A DNA stretch of 64,000 nt from a virus. Its lineage: Duplodnaviria; Caudoviricetes. Location: the IMG/VR virus record IMGVR_UViG_3300013426_000017, positions 96,001 to 160,000 of that record, one strand, 5' to 3'. The notes under the pieces were generated by a model. The model did not search any database, was not told where the DNA came from, and worked only from the letters and a program-made list of their open reading frames with translations. Below are positions 31,641 through 42,183 of the stretch, piece by piece. The first letter of the stretch is position 1. Each line of letters starts with the position of its first letter. Both the position numbers and the translations under genes were made by a program.

Positions 31641-32210
31641 TCATTTTATCTTTGCTGCTAGAGCGGAAATCTTGCTTTGTAGCATCTGCTTTTCTTCGGG
31701 CGATGCATCATCAATCATTTCTGCAATATCAACAGAGAGTTCTTGCATGTAATGTTCCAAATCCTTTAGCTGAGTTGTTTTATCTTTATGTAATTCTTTC
31801 GATTCCATATACATTTTACGGCTCATAGGGCTGCGTCCTTCGCGCCTATCCCGCAATTCCATGGGATAAGGGCGTTCAGTATAATACGTGGCGCCGCCCG
31901 ATTTACCGGTCTCATAACCACCAGTATCATGCCCGCCAGACCTGTCGCCGCCATAATACATACGACCATAATCTTTATCCATGTCTCTTAGATAATCTCT
32001 GCTGTATGGACGATACTCGGTGTAATATTTTTTTTCTTCTTCGCTCTTCTCCATGGCTTCGGTAATCTTCGCGTAGTAGCAGGCCTCCTCCATATCCTTG
32101 ATCATGTCTACTACTTCACCAAGTTCTTTTGCATCAACTTGATCGAGCTTGCCCATTTGGCCACTGACCTGAGTTATCAAGCAATCTTTAATGCTTTTTA
32201 ATCTTTCCAT
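31641..32210 (-). CDS. Hypothetical helical protein with Tyr/Arg/Gly-rich middle
   Basis: Intact ORF in a tight operon; ELGEVVDMIKD. Confidence 0.8.
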   Translation of the reverse strand: MERLKSIKDCLITQVSGQMGKLDQVDAKELGEVVDMIKDMEEACYYAKITEAMEKSEEEKKYYTEYRPYSRDYLRDMDKDYGRMYYGGDRSGGHDTGGYETGKSGGATYYTERPYPMELRDRREGRSPMSRKMYMESKELHKDKTTQLKDLEHYMQELSVDIAEMIDDASPEEKQMLQSKISALAAKIK

Positions 32211-32211
32211 A

Positions 32212-32631
32212 TTACGCCACCCTTTCTACTATTAAGCTAGCGTTCTGAACATCTACTGCAACCGTAGAGGTATTCTCAACACTAACTTGTGTGCAGCATC
32301 CAGAAGGAACGTTCAAGAACAACGTGCGAGAAACATTAAAGAATTCCTCAACGGCTGCTGGGGTTACTATCATTTGGGTTGCTGATACAGGTTCGCCATT
32401 AATTGCAATTGCTAACTGAATTGGACCGGCAGTTCCGCCAGTAGGCAGTGCAATGTTGGCGCCGAAGGTCACGCGAAATCTGGCGCGACTCTGGTTAGTT
32501 ATGCCGCGGAGGGTAATGAGACCGCTACCCTCTCTGTGCATAATGGAACAGCTACCAGCAACAGCAGTATTAGTAAATTCTACATTAGAGCCGGCATTAA
32601 CCGTCTATAAAGCATTGGCTGTTATTTCCAT
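32212..32631 (-). CDS. Beta-sandwich protein (BclA-CTD/C1q-like by pattern), 139 aa, one TAG
   Basis: GGAGG RBS; MEITANAL(TAG)TVNAGSNV is in frame with the track ORF. Confidence 0.7.
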
Positions 32632-32651
32632 AATCATTTACCTCCTGTTAA

Positions 32652-33724
32652 TTAACCGTTGCAGTTACAAGTGTTACCATAAAGGTAATTGCATCCGCCG
32701 TAGGAAGCATAGGGATTCTGCACAACGTATGCAGGAATAGGTGCGCGCTGTGCCAGCTGAGATACGAGGTATGCATTTTGCTCACTCTGAGAAATCTGAC
32801 CACGAAGCGAAGCATTCTCTGCATTAAGCATATCAAGTTTATCCTGAACAAGGAAGTCAAGAATAGAACGCATGCTAGCGTTAGTGTTGTCAATAATGTC
32901 ACGTGCTGCATCCTGAGTAGCGCGACGATTCTCACAAGCCTGGCTCGCCAAATTGTAGTTTAAGTCGGCAAATGAACTCTGAATAAGCTGTTTTGCATCG
33001 CAGCAGCACTGTGCTTGCTGAGCGGCCATTGCAGCTAACTGACTATTGGTCTGATAATGTGCATCAATGATCGCACCAGTAATAGCATTGGTATTCTGCA
33101 AGTTGGTCATGCCCATGTTACAGATATCACTTTGGATATTACGTGCACTACCATTTACAGTCTCATTGACACCCGAGAAACCAGCCAAGAGGCTAGAGTT
33201 AAGACCATAAGCACTATTAGCAACATCGCTAGTGATACCACGGATGCCACTTCTAATATCGCTAAGATCGAAACCATAAGTGAGTTCGTCGCGAGTAAGA
33301 GCACCCTGATAGCCTGCACCGTTGGAGCCATTATTGCCACCCCAACCGCCGCCCCAGCCAGCGAAGCAAAACAGAAACAGGATGATGATCCCAATAATGT
33401 TACCCTATAGGCTTTTTATCCTATAGTTCTAATACTTGAATTCGTATTAGTTCAGCATATCTTTTTAATTTTTGTATTTTATCAAAAATTATCGCGGCCT
33501 CGTGGTAGGATTATATCTTTTCACCTACTATGCGTTGCCCCTGACTAGTCTTAGACTAGCCTTCGGTTCGGATTAGCATCTCAGCCTTCCCGCTTAATTC
33601 CGCGATTTAACCATGGCAAATCATCTTACCATGCACCGTCTCCGCCCCACATGCCGCCATTGCGGTCGTTACCAGTAGCCGCAGCTATGTCAGACAAGCT
33701 GTAGCCCGAATTTGTGTTGAACAT
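32652..33724 (-). CDS. Gly-rich membrane protein with QCCC motif, spliced: exons 33724-33628 and 33391-32652 (278 aa)
   Basis: Splicing yields GGDGAW-WIIILFLFCFAGWGGGWG in frame with track ORF 33188. Confidence 0.85.
33392..33627 (-). mobile_element. ORF-less group I intron (236 nt)
   Basis: P1 CATGGT-AA/TTGCCATG with U.G pair; TAAGCGGGAA, AATCCGAACC, CAACGCATA/AAGATATGC P7; terminal G. Confidence 0.88.
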
Positions 33725-33754
33725 ATTAAATGTCCCCTTTCATAAAATATATTT

Positions 33755-33997
33755 TTACAACCCCAAATTATTTTTGAAGTTTGTAAATTCTTGATCAAAA
33801 TCTACGCCACGAGAAGCGCAGAAGTTGCGGGCAAATTGTTCAATACCTTGAGCATTATTATTCTGGGCTAATGATAATAAGTTTGCTCCAACAGGATTAG
33901 ATTGAGCTTGGTTCTGAAGCATATTAAGCATTAACTGTTGAGGATTTTGCCCACTTTTAATCATTTGAATTAATTGCATAGGATTCATTTGCGGCAT
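33755..33997 (-). CDS. Small Gln/Asn/Met-rich protein
   Basis: GAGGTG RBS; NPMQLIQM...NPQQL. Confidence 0.8.
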   Translation of the reverse strand: MPQMNPMQLIQMIKSGQNPQQLMLNMLQNQAQSNPVGANLLSLAQNNNAQGIEQFARNFCASRGVDFDQEFTNFKNNLGL

Positions 33998-34013
33998 TGT
34001 AATTCACCTCACT

Positions 34014-34391
34014 TTAAAATTTGTATGGCGCCGGCTCGGTTTGTGCCTCATTAGTCGGCGTGGTAGTAGGTGCGCTAGGTCTAGGCTGCGCCACTAACTC
34101 TTGAATCTTTAGCAATGCGCTTTCAAATTCTGCTCTTGTGACGTAATCAGCTGTAGGCGCTACTGGCATAGGCTTCAGTTCATACATATTCAATGTAGCA
34201 GTTCCATCCATATTAATTTGTTTAGTATATATTTTCTTATTCGCCAAATCAGGAAAATAAAATACTGAACCATCAAAATCAATGGAGAGCGCACGAGCTT
34301 CTTCAAGAGAGGACACAGGGCGTCCTTTCAATGAGTAAGAAGGCTGCCTAGGCGGTTGAGTTGGTGCTTGGAAATAATTATTACTATACAT
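34014..34391 (-). CDS. Hypothetical protein
   Basis: GAAAGGA RBS; GRPVSSLEEA...IYTKQIN.DG...YVTR.EF. Confidence 0.8.
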   Translation of the reverse strand: MYSNNYFQAPTQPPRQPSYSLKGRPVSSLEEARALSIDFDGSVFYFPDLANKKIYTKQINMDGTATLNMYELKPMPVAPTADYVTRAEFESALLKIQELVAQPRPSAPTTTPTNEAQTEPAPYKF

Positions 34392-34501
34392 TGCTAACAT
34401 CCTTTCACTATTTTTCTTTCCATTATATATTGGAAATTGGGATAGAATGATTAATCTACTTTGACAATGTTTGTAAAATTTTTTGTTACAAATTTTTGGG
34501 C

Positions 34502-34545
34502 AAAAAAATAAGGGACATCCTAAAAATTAGGATGTCCCTTTTTTC
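34502..34545. terminator. Intrinsic terminator (bidirectional)
   Basis: AAGGGACATCCTAA/TTAGGATGTCCCTT flanked by A/T runs. Confidence 0.85.
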
Positions 34546-34554
34546 TATTATATA

Positions 34555-34947
34555 TTACTGTTTAGACTCTTTAACCGATGCTTCAATACGTTCAGTGATA
34601 TAGGTTTGCAAGTCGCCAATCACCATCGGCAAATATTTATTGGCCTCATCGCCAAGCGTGCCTAGAACTGCATTATAAGTTTTATTAAACGCTTCTTTCT
34701 GTGCGTCAGCATCAAATGCGTTCTTCTCTTTCAACGATTCAACATAAGTCTGATTTGTTGCCGTAACGCACTTGACTATTGTATCATTGAGAATATCAAG
34801 ATACTTCTGCGCCAACTCATTATCGGTCTGTGCCTTGATTTGATCTTTCTTCTGGGCGATATATTCAATAACGAACTTCGCCACAATGCCCAGCAAGGGC
34901 ACAATACATAATTCAAAAATCTGCTGTAATATAGATAACCAATCCAT
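34555..34947 (-). CDS. Putative holin (LL-H-like)
   Basis: GGAGG RBS; one N-terminal TM; V.ATNQTYV..LK; C-terminal IEASV. Confidence 0.6.
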   Translation of the reverse strand: MDWLSILQQIFELCIVPLLGIVAKFVIEYIAQKKDQIKAQTDNELAQKYLDILNDTIVKCVTATNQTYVESLKEKNAFDADAQKEAFNKTYNAVLGTLGDEANKYLPMVIGDLQTYITERIEASVKESKQ

Positions 34948-34961
34948 TAGATTATCCTCCT

Positions 34962-37280
34962 TTATATTTTGGTTAATTTCCAATTGGAACCATCATACAC
35001 ATATGGAATAGCTTGCTACCAACCGCTGTTAGAAGTAGCGCCAGTGTATATCCATACATGATAATCGCCCCAATCGGTACCATTATTTATCTTTACTGAC
35101 CATTCAGGTTCCCAAATGGCATATAACGACATATTAGATGTCTATTCATAATTTGTTCCTGAAGAATAATTAGTTCCTGTGCCATCTGCAGATGTATTCC
35201 AAGCAACGAATTTATAACCAACTCGTGATACATTTGGTGGGTTAAATTTAGCTTTAATTGTTGTCCATTCAGGATATAATGTTAAATTAGATGTAAGAGT
35301 ATAAGTGCTACCACATCGCCAATAATCTACACCATCACCTGATGAAGCAACCGCACCGCTATAATTCTGATTCCAATAATTCTACTAGTATTGAATTGCA
35401 TCTTTTATCTAATACCTTGGTCCGTTAGCGACTGCGGTTGCAGAATAAGTATAACCAGAGGAAGGATAGTTATATGATACAATACTACCACCCGATAAAT
35501 AATAATTAGTATAGTATGTTGTACCATTAGAACGAGTATAAGTGGCATCTCGAATCTTGAGCTTATAATTAGTAGTGGTTGCAGAATAAGTGGTAGATGG
35601 TGAACCATATCGACCGGGATTATAAGTTACAGTATATTCATTTGCTTGCCAAATTGCGTATAAAGTACCGGTATATCCCGCATCAAGTGCATCCATAGGA
35701 GCGTCATAACTGGTACCAGTACCACTTGAATTTGTGTTCCATTCAATAAAAGTAGCAGAACTATTAACTGGCTAATAAGAATGATTTGTAGAATATCGAG
35801 TACTCGTGGTTGTGGTAGAACCATAACCATATTTTCGTTTAGTAACCTATTTCCAAGCCGATGAAGAAGCAATAGAATACCCGTTACCGTTTAATGAACA
35901 AGTAGTAGTTGTTGTTCCATCCCAAAGGGCATATAACGAACCAGCATATCCAGCTTCAAACGCGCTCTATGGATTAGAATAGACAACAGTATATGAACCA
36001 CTTGAAGTGGCCCAGCCTTTAAAACTTGTATATCCCGAAGGAGCTGAAGGGGAATAAGAACCATTGGTATATGTAGTTCCACCACCGCTTGGAGTAGGTG
36101 ATTCACCATATAACCAAGCTTCAGCCGTCGTGCTTTTCGCAGTTGCGACAAAAGAACTAGAACAGTTATATAGAGTTATAGACTTGCTGCTAGCGCTTTT
36201 TTTGAATACACACCAACGCTCTTTGTTATTATAGGTAGCAACCCAAGTGGAACTCGCAGTCTAATCTACTGACGTTGTATTTGGGGAAGATGCATAGCCA
36301 ACAAACGTGTATCCACTAATTGGTGGGTCCTGGCTACCGAGTGTATAATCTTGTGATTTATATTTGTCAGCGCTAGTCATTTCAAAAGTGCCAGTAGAAC
36401 ATAAATGAACTTGCCAAGTGTATGATGGGGCCACAAAAGTTAAATAATTAGCTGTGCCTGAGTATGTAGCTGTCTAATTAGGAATAACTGTGCAATAATA
36501 TAATTTATAATATCGAGAAGTGCTAGTATCCTAATCCACTTTAAAATTACACGAAGTAGAATTAGCAGTAGACTCACTACGAACATAATAAGGACCAGTG
36601 GGATTGTTACCCACAAGCCATCGACCTGAATAAGAACTTTTTCCCTAAAAATATTGTGCACCAGAATATAAACCGTAGCCAAAAGTAGTTCGAGTTATGC
36701 TTGTAGGCTTGTATGTATTTACAGTAGGTTCTGTATAGTTGAAAGTCACTGAAAAACGAGACGCTGTAGATAAATTCCACTGGCACATAGCCGATGTATT
36801 CCAAGGATAGGAAGCAATATAAATGTAAACTCCACTGGTATTAGCCGCAGACAAATTAAACTGTTTTGCAGAATAATTAAAAGTAACATTGCCAAAACTA
36901 TCTACGGCTGCTGTTGGCGTAGTGGCGTAGACTAAAGTAGTATCGCCTAATTTTGTAGGACCTGAATTCATCCAACCAGAAGGCGTGTCTGTGGAAGCGG
37001 TAGAAACAGACATATAACTACCCAGCTATTTCCCACTTGCAATACCCGAACAGCGTGCCAACTAAATGGTAAAATTAATATAATTAATTGTAACCTTTTG
37101 ATTTTTTAAAGCGGTTGGGATTGGAACATAAAAGACTGCAACTGCACTACCACTACTACCGTATCCTACATAGCCGCCTCCACCTCCAGAATATTTTGTA
37201 CCCCAAGTCCAACTTGATCCCACACCAGATTTACCATAAAATCCGGACAGGTTATTATGAGAATACGTTACTGAAGCCAT
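34962..37280 (-). CDS. Ser/Thr/Tyr-rich virion protein with Listeria-Bacteroides (InlB B-repeat-like) repeats, 772 aa in code 15
   Basis: Continuous frame across >10 TAG; repeats GYxFxxWNTxxxGTG...LYAIW. Confidence 0.75.
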
Positions 37281-37294
37281 TTATTCACCCCACT

Positions 37295-37936
37295 TTACGC
37301 CAATTTAAAAAATATTTGTCCAGTGGTTCCACTTGAAGGTAGTGTAGAACCATATGAATTATTACCAATCACAATCTTAGCATTACTAGTAAATGTAGCG
37401 CTACTATTAGTAAATGATACATTAGATTTTATGTTAGTCAGTCCATGAATATGATCAGCTCTAGCTACTTGGTTACTAGAACCTGCACTTGTGGTTTCGC
37501 CTAGATTTGAGGCGCTACCAAAATTAGTAGACAAAGTTATATTGCCAGCTAAACTACTACCACCCTTTAATCCACTATTAGCATCCGTGACTATTTTTAC
37601 AGTTTTTAATGCATAACTATTCTCAGAACCTAACTCTTCCCAGTTACTACCTAACCATACAAATTCACCATTACCATTGGATAATACAACATCGCCAATG
37701 GTCGGTGTAGATATAATACCAGTTGGCATATTTGATTGACCGTTTACCATGATATCAGTAGTCGAGCCTGCGAATTTCAACGCTTGAGATAAGCCTAAAT
37801 TAGAAGCGGTAATAGTCACAGGCGTTGAGCCATTAAATTCTGAATCGCCAATAGTTAATGTATGATAAGTCTAAATACCTCGTGTGTCGCCATTAGGTAA
37901 TTCAACTTGATTTATAAAACTATCTATTTCTGTCAT
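37295..37936 (-). CDS. Tail-fibre-like protein, 213 aa, one TAG
   Basis: FNGSTPVTI; W.G..WEELG; ARADH.H; YG..LP..G..GQIFFK. Confidence 0.7.
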
Positions 37937-37946
37937 GTCTCACACC

Positions 37947-38351
37947 TCACTGCATTTTGGACCAGTCAAGTTCTTGTTGAACTTGATGTTCACCCACATT
38001 AGAATTAGAATAATATAAAAACTTTTCTTCGCTAACGCTCTCTTGTGGCTCTAATAATACTTCTGGCGTAAGCTGCGACAACTTTAATGCCTTATCCGAA
38101 AACTCTGCCTTGTTAACACAATTATCTTCTTTATATTTGAATTGTTGAAGCATACTTTTAAATACAATACGCTAATCAACATTGTCCCATTTAACATAAG
38201 TATAGGGATCATCATCTATAATAAACAATTCATTAGGTGCGGCATTTTTTATTACGTCATTAATAAATGCCTAACTCATCACACCTTTTTGGACCTTGTG
38301 GATTGTTAATCCATTAACTTGCGTGCTACTATTTGAATATTGCAATCCCAA
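37947..38351 (-). CDS. Hypothetical protein, 134 aa, 2 TAG
   Basis: AGGAGG RBS; TTG start in frame with the track ORF. Confidence 0.6.
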
Positions 38352-38377
38352 TTAAATCATCCTCCTTTATAATATAA

Positions 38378-39652
38378 TTAAAAACAGAAACCGAAGGAAA
38401 CGCCCTTCTCATGTTCATAGTATGGTGTTGCACTATGGTCGCCTGTGCTATCTATATATGCATAATAATGTTTATCTGTAAATGAAGACAACCACCAATC
38501 AATAGGTTCTCCATTCACTTTTTTTATTCTGCTATTACCTATAGCATAATACTCATAACGCGTACCTTCAGTATACCCGGTGCTATAAGTATTGCCACCA
38601 ATTTCGGTCTCAGAAAATACAAACAAAATTTCCGTATTATTATGACCATGCAATCTTTTAATTATCGGTTTAAGGCGACTCTATAAGCTATCTGGCATAA
38701 TGGTTTTATCAACACTAATGACACGCTTACTCAAAACAGTTAAGCAGTTATGTAGCTAAAAAGTTAATGGCGCTATACCACCAGTTTCATAAATATCATG
38801 ATATTTCCCAATAATATCAATTTGCTACTTGACTCCAGCAATTATCATCATTTTACTATCTCCAACTTTCCAACCCACTGGAACCATATTCAATTCACAT
38901 GCTGTTGCAATATCTTCCCAAGAATTTTCAGAAAATATTGGAGACAAAATTGGGCCAGGTTTATTAGTAAATGTAAAAAATGCAGGATTCTTATTAGTCT
39001 ATCCCAAGAAATCTACATCCTATTCTACCCATATACCGTTAATTTTTTGATATACATTAGAACATTCAACCCATTCCCCGTTTTGTTTCACAGATAAAAA
39101 GACAGGCTCATAATCTACGTTAATAAATAACTAATCTAAAGAAAGCGCGCCAGATTTTGCTGAACTAGAGGCTTCATGAACACCACTAATTTGCAATGTC
39201 ATTGGCCCAAAATTTTGTAAACTATCAATATAGGTATTTGTTGAACCAACACCACGAGAATAATTAGCTAAAATACGCGCATTCGTTTGATTAGAGTTTA
39301 ATAATAATTGCCGAGTTAATATGCTGCTACCGGAAGCATTGGTAAATGAATTAGACAACAAGTCTAAAGTGGTATCAATGGTACCCGTAGTTAGATTTTT
39401 ACCAGAACTATAAATACCTTCTATACCAATATTTGTGATATGAAAACTAAAACAATCAGGCTTTGTACTCTCATCTAATGCCAACTATAATTTAATAGTG
39501 CCATTAGATTCTGCTTTGCCTTTCATATAAATATATTCATCATCCAAATTAACAAGTGCCGCCGCACAAGACATATTAGAATTACTTTTTTCCCAATCAC
39601 CAATACTGCTTACATCAATATCAGAAACAGGCCGAAAAATCATTGTTGCCAT
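38378..39652 (-). CDS. Receptor-binding-like protein with C-terminal DUF6273-like domain, 424 aa in code 15
   Basis: Continuous across TAGs; NSWEDI...WKVGD...IIG..HD...APLTF(TAG)L...WWLSS...GVSFGFCF. Confidence 0.7.
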
Positions 39653-39670
39653 TTTAATCTACCCTCACTT

Positions 39671-41122
39671 TTAACCAGATTTTAACTATAAATAAATATC
39701 ACCATCATTACCTAAATAACTAGACGGAGCGGTTTTTTCAACATAGTAAGTATTATATTCAGTAGAAATATTAGCTGTAACAGTACCAGTCCCATCATGA
39801 TAGCCTTTAGGTATAGTATAAACGCCACCCTGTTCTGTAATTTGACCAGTGATATTTTGATTATTTGGCATAGAACCTACCCCATGTTTGATAATTCGAT
39901 CGCTGTTATTATCATCATGCATATAAAATTCAGTGCCCATAACGACCAAACCAGTTAATTCACTCGTGGCATTTAAATCACTATCACAGAAGTATAATTT
40001 GCTAGTATCAATGGTTACTTGAGCCATTCCTTGATAATCAGTATCAGGCAATACATTATAACTATTCCCTGTTGCAAACGTGCTACCAGTAGGAGCAATT
40101 GATTTGTTTTCTTGCAAATTAATTGTGCTACCTACTGGTACATTAACAATTATACTATCATAATAATTGCCATTTGCATCATAAGTAGCAATTGTTCCAT
40201 TCGCTGTAATGCTAGGTGCAGTAGAATTACTACCTAATATTACACTGCCTAAGCCATTATGATAACCCTTGCCAATAGTATAAGACTTGGTAGAATGATT
40301 TAAAGTGGCGCTGACCGCTCCGTGATTTGCCATGCTGCCATACACTGGGCGCAAAGCGTGGGCGCCATGTGCTTCACTAATCTAATAACCGCGTACGCCA
40401 GCCAAAATATATTCATTAGCCTGCTCTTGATCAGTCTCCTCCGCTAATATAGCAAATAAATTGGTGGTGTCGATAACTACCTCTGTCATGCCGTCATAGC
40501 CACTATCTGGCCTAATGATTTTTGAAACATTAGATGCCGCAGCGTTATCTATATTAACTGTCTTGCTAACCTGAATATTGCTTGCCCCACTGCCGCCACT
40601 ATTTGGCACCGCAATAGTAAATGATTTGAACCACTTACCATCTACCGCAGTAACCGTTGTGTTACTGGTAAATGTCTGACCATTACGACTATCTAACGGA
40701 ACTGGATTAATGGTTACTGAAGATAAATAATCATAACCAGCAGAAGGAGTAATAATTTTCGTGGCGCCGCTGGGCGTTGCGGTAACAGCCTGCGCATTAA
40801 TGGCCTCCGAGCTGGATCCCGCCACATTTACAATTACTTTATTAAATATCTAACCATTCTCTGGGCCATATGTGCCATTTGCAGTAATGGTCTTGGTAGT
40901 AACCTTGTTACTAAATGCTACACTGCCAGAACTGGTCTTATAGCTCGATGACAAGGTGCCGCTAGGAATTGAGACAGCGGCACTAACTTGGGGAACACCA
41001 TTTGCATCTAACGTCAAACTTGGTGTAATCCCAATCTATGTCTTGTCCATTTCAACTGTGCCGGAAGCGGGCATTGATACCGCAACCATGCCAGCTGAAG
41101 TTCCACCTCCTAAATATATCAT
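39671..41122 (-). CDS. Tail fibre protein, 483 aa in code 15
   Basis: YTIxKGYHxGxG repeats; PxxGYDG repeats; GNDGDIYL(TAG). Confidence 0.75.
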
Positions 41123-41325
41123 GAGTTATTCACACTCCATGTCTTAATTGTTACAGGATAATCCTCGGCATATGAGGCTGCTAACTTGGCTCTTTTATCA
41201 GACTACACGTCCACATAAAAATAATAATGATTTTTATTATCATGCGCCACATAGCAATAACCTTCATGTATTTCTTTCTGCTCCAATCCACTTTCTGGGC
41301 CTTTAGCTATCTTAAATAATGCCAT
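41119..41325 (-). CDS. Small virion-associated protein, 68 aa, one TAG
   Basis: GGAGG RBS; MALFKI.KG...EG.CY...FYVD; ATGA overlap with the next gene. Confidence 0.6.
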
Positions 41326-41355
41326 AATCAATCCCTCCTATACATTATATTATAT

Positions 41356-41400
41356 AATAAAAAATTGGGTGAGTCAAGCCCAAATAGGCAAGACTCACCC
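41356..41400 (-). terminator. Intrinsic terminator-like hairpin
   Basis: GGGTGAGTC/GACTCACCC followed by a T-run on the minus strand. Confidence 0.6.
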
Positions 41401-41531
41401 TTAAATATATAGTAATCCCTATAGCAATGAGATTTAAATTACTAATTGTGAATCAAGACGATATCTTACCTTTTCTTAACTCATTAAACTATGAAAATTA
41501 CACGATATCGTCTATCATCTTTTGTCCAAAA

Positions 41532-42158
41532 TTATACATCATACCAATAGGTCTGTTGTAAACTGGTTAATTGATTTATCTGAGCTTGTAGATGTTCCAA
41601 CTCATTCGGCGTCACCTTATACTCACTTGGTGGTGTATCATCATCTTCAGCTATAATACTATCAAATACATCCATACCATAGAGAATAGAGGATATATTG
41701 GGCTTAAGGTTGAGCTTATAATCAAATTCAACTGAGCCATCTGGATTCTTATTCAAGCGATAGAACATCATAGTAAATTTAATTTTACCCGATGCTGATG
41801 TGGCGAGGCCACTTATCGGCCATGCGAATACTAGCATTCTATCTTCAGTGAATAGATTGTAGCCCTCAACGCAATAGATGTATTGCTTCTTATTAGCCGT
41901 CTCATACATGATGATACAATCGGCGGTCGCCAAATCCACGTCACCAAAATATCTATCTACTTTAAAATAAATAGTTTCTGCTCGATGGTCTTTCTCAACA
42001 CTCAAGCATTCCGGAACATCAATAGTTCTCTTATTTAAATCAATTGGATGGCAATCATCTAATGTGATATTGTATTTAATCCAATTACCGTCATCATCTT
42101 TTTGCCATTTCCAAAAGGGGTCAACAAACCTTGGGGAATCATTAAGACTGGTATTCAT
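41532..42158 (-). CDS. BppU-like baseplate protein
   Basis: DHRAETIYFKVDRYF.D.DL...W.I...AT...G.IKF. Confidence 0.6.
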   Translation of the reverse strand: MNTSLNDSPRFVDPFWKWQKDDDGNWIKYNITLDDCHPIDLNKRTIDVPECLSVEKDHRAETIYFKVDRYFGDVDLATADCIIMYETANKKQYIYCVEGYNLFTEDRMLVFAWPISGLATSASGKIKFTMMFYRLNKNPDGSVEFDYKLNLKPNISSILYGMDVFDSIIAEDDDTPPSEYKVTPNELEHLQAQINQLTSLQQTYWYDV

Positions 42159-42183
42159 AATCCATACCTCCCATCTTTAATGA

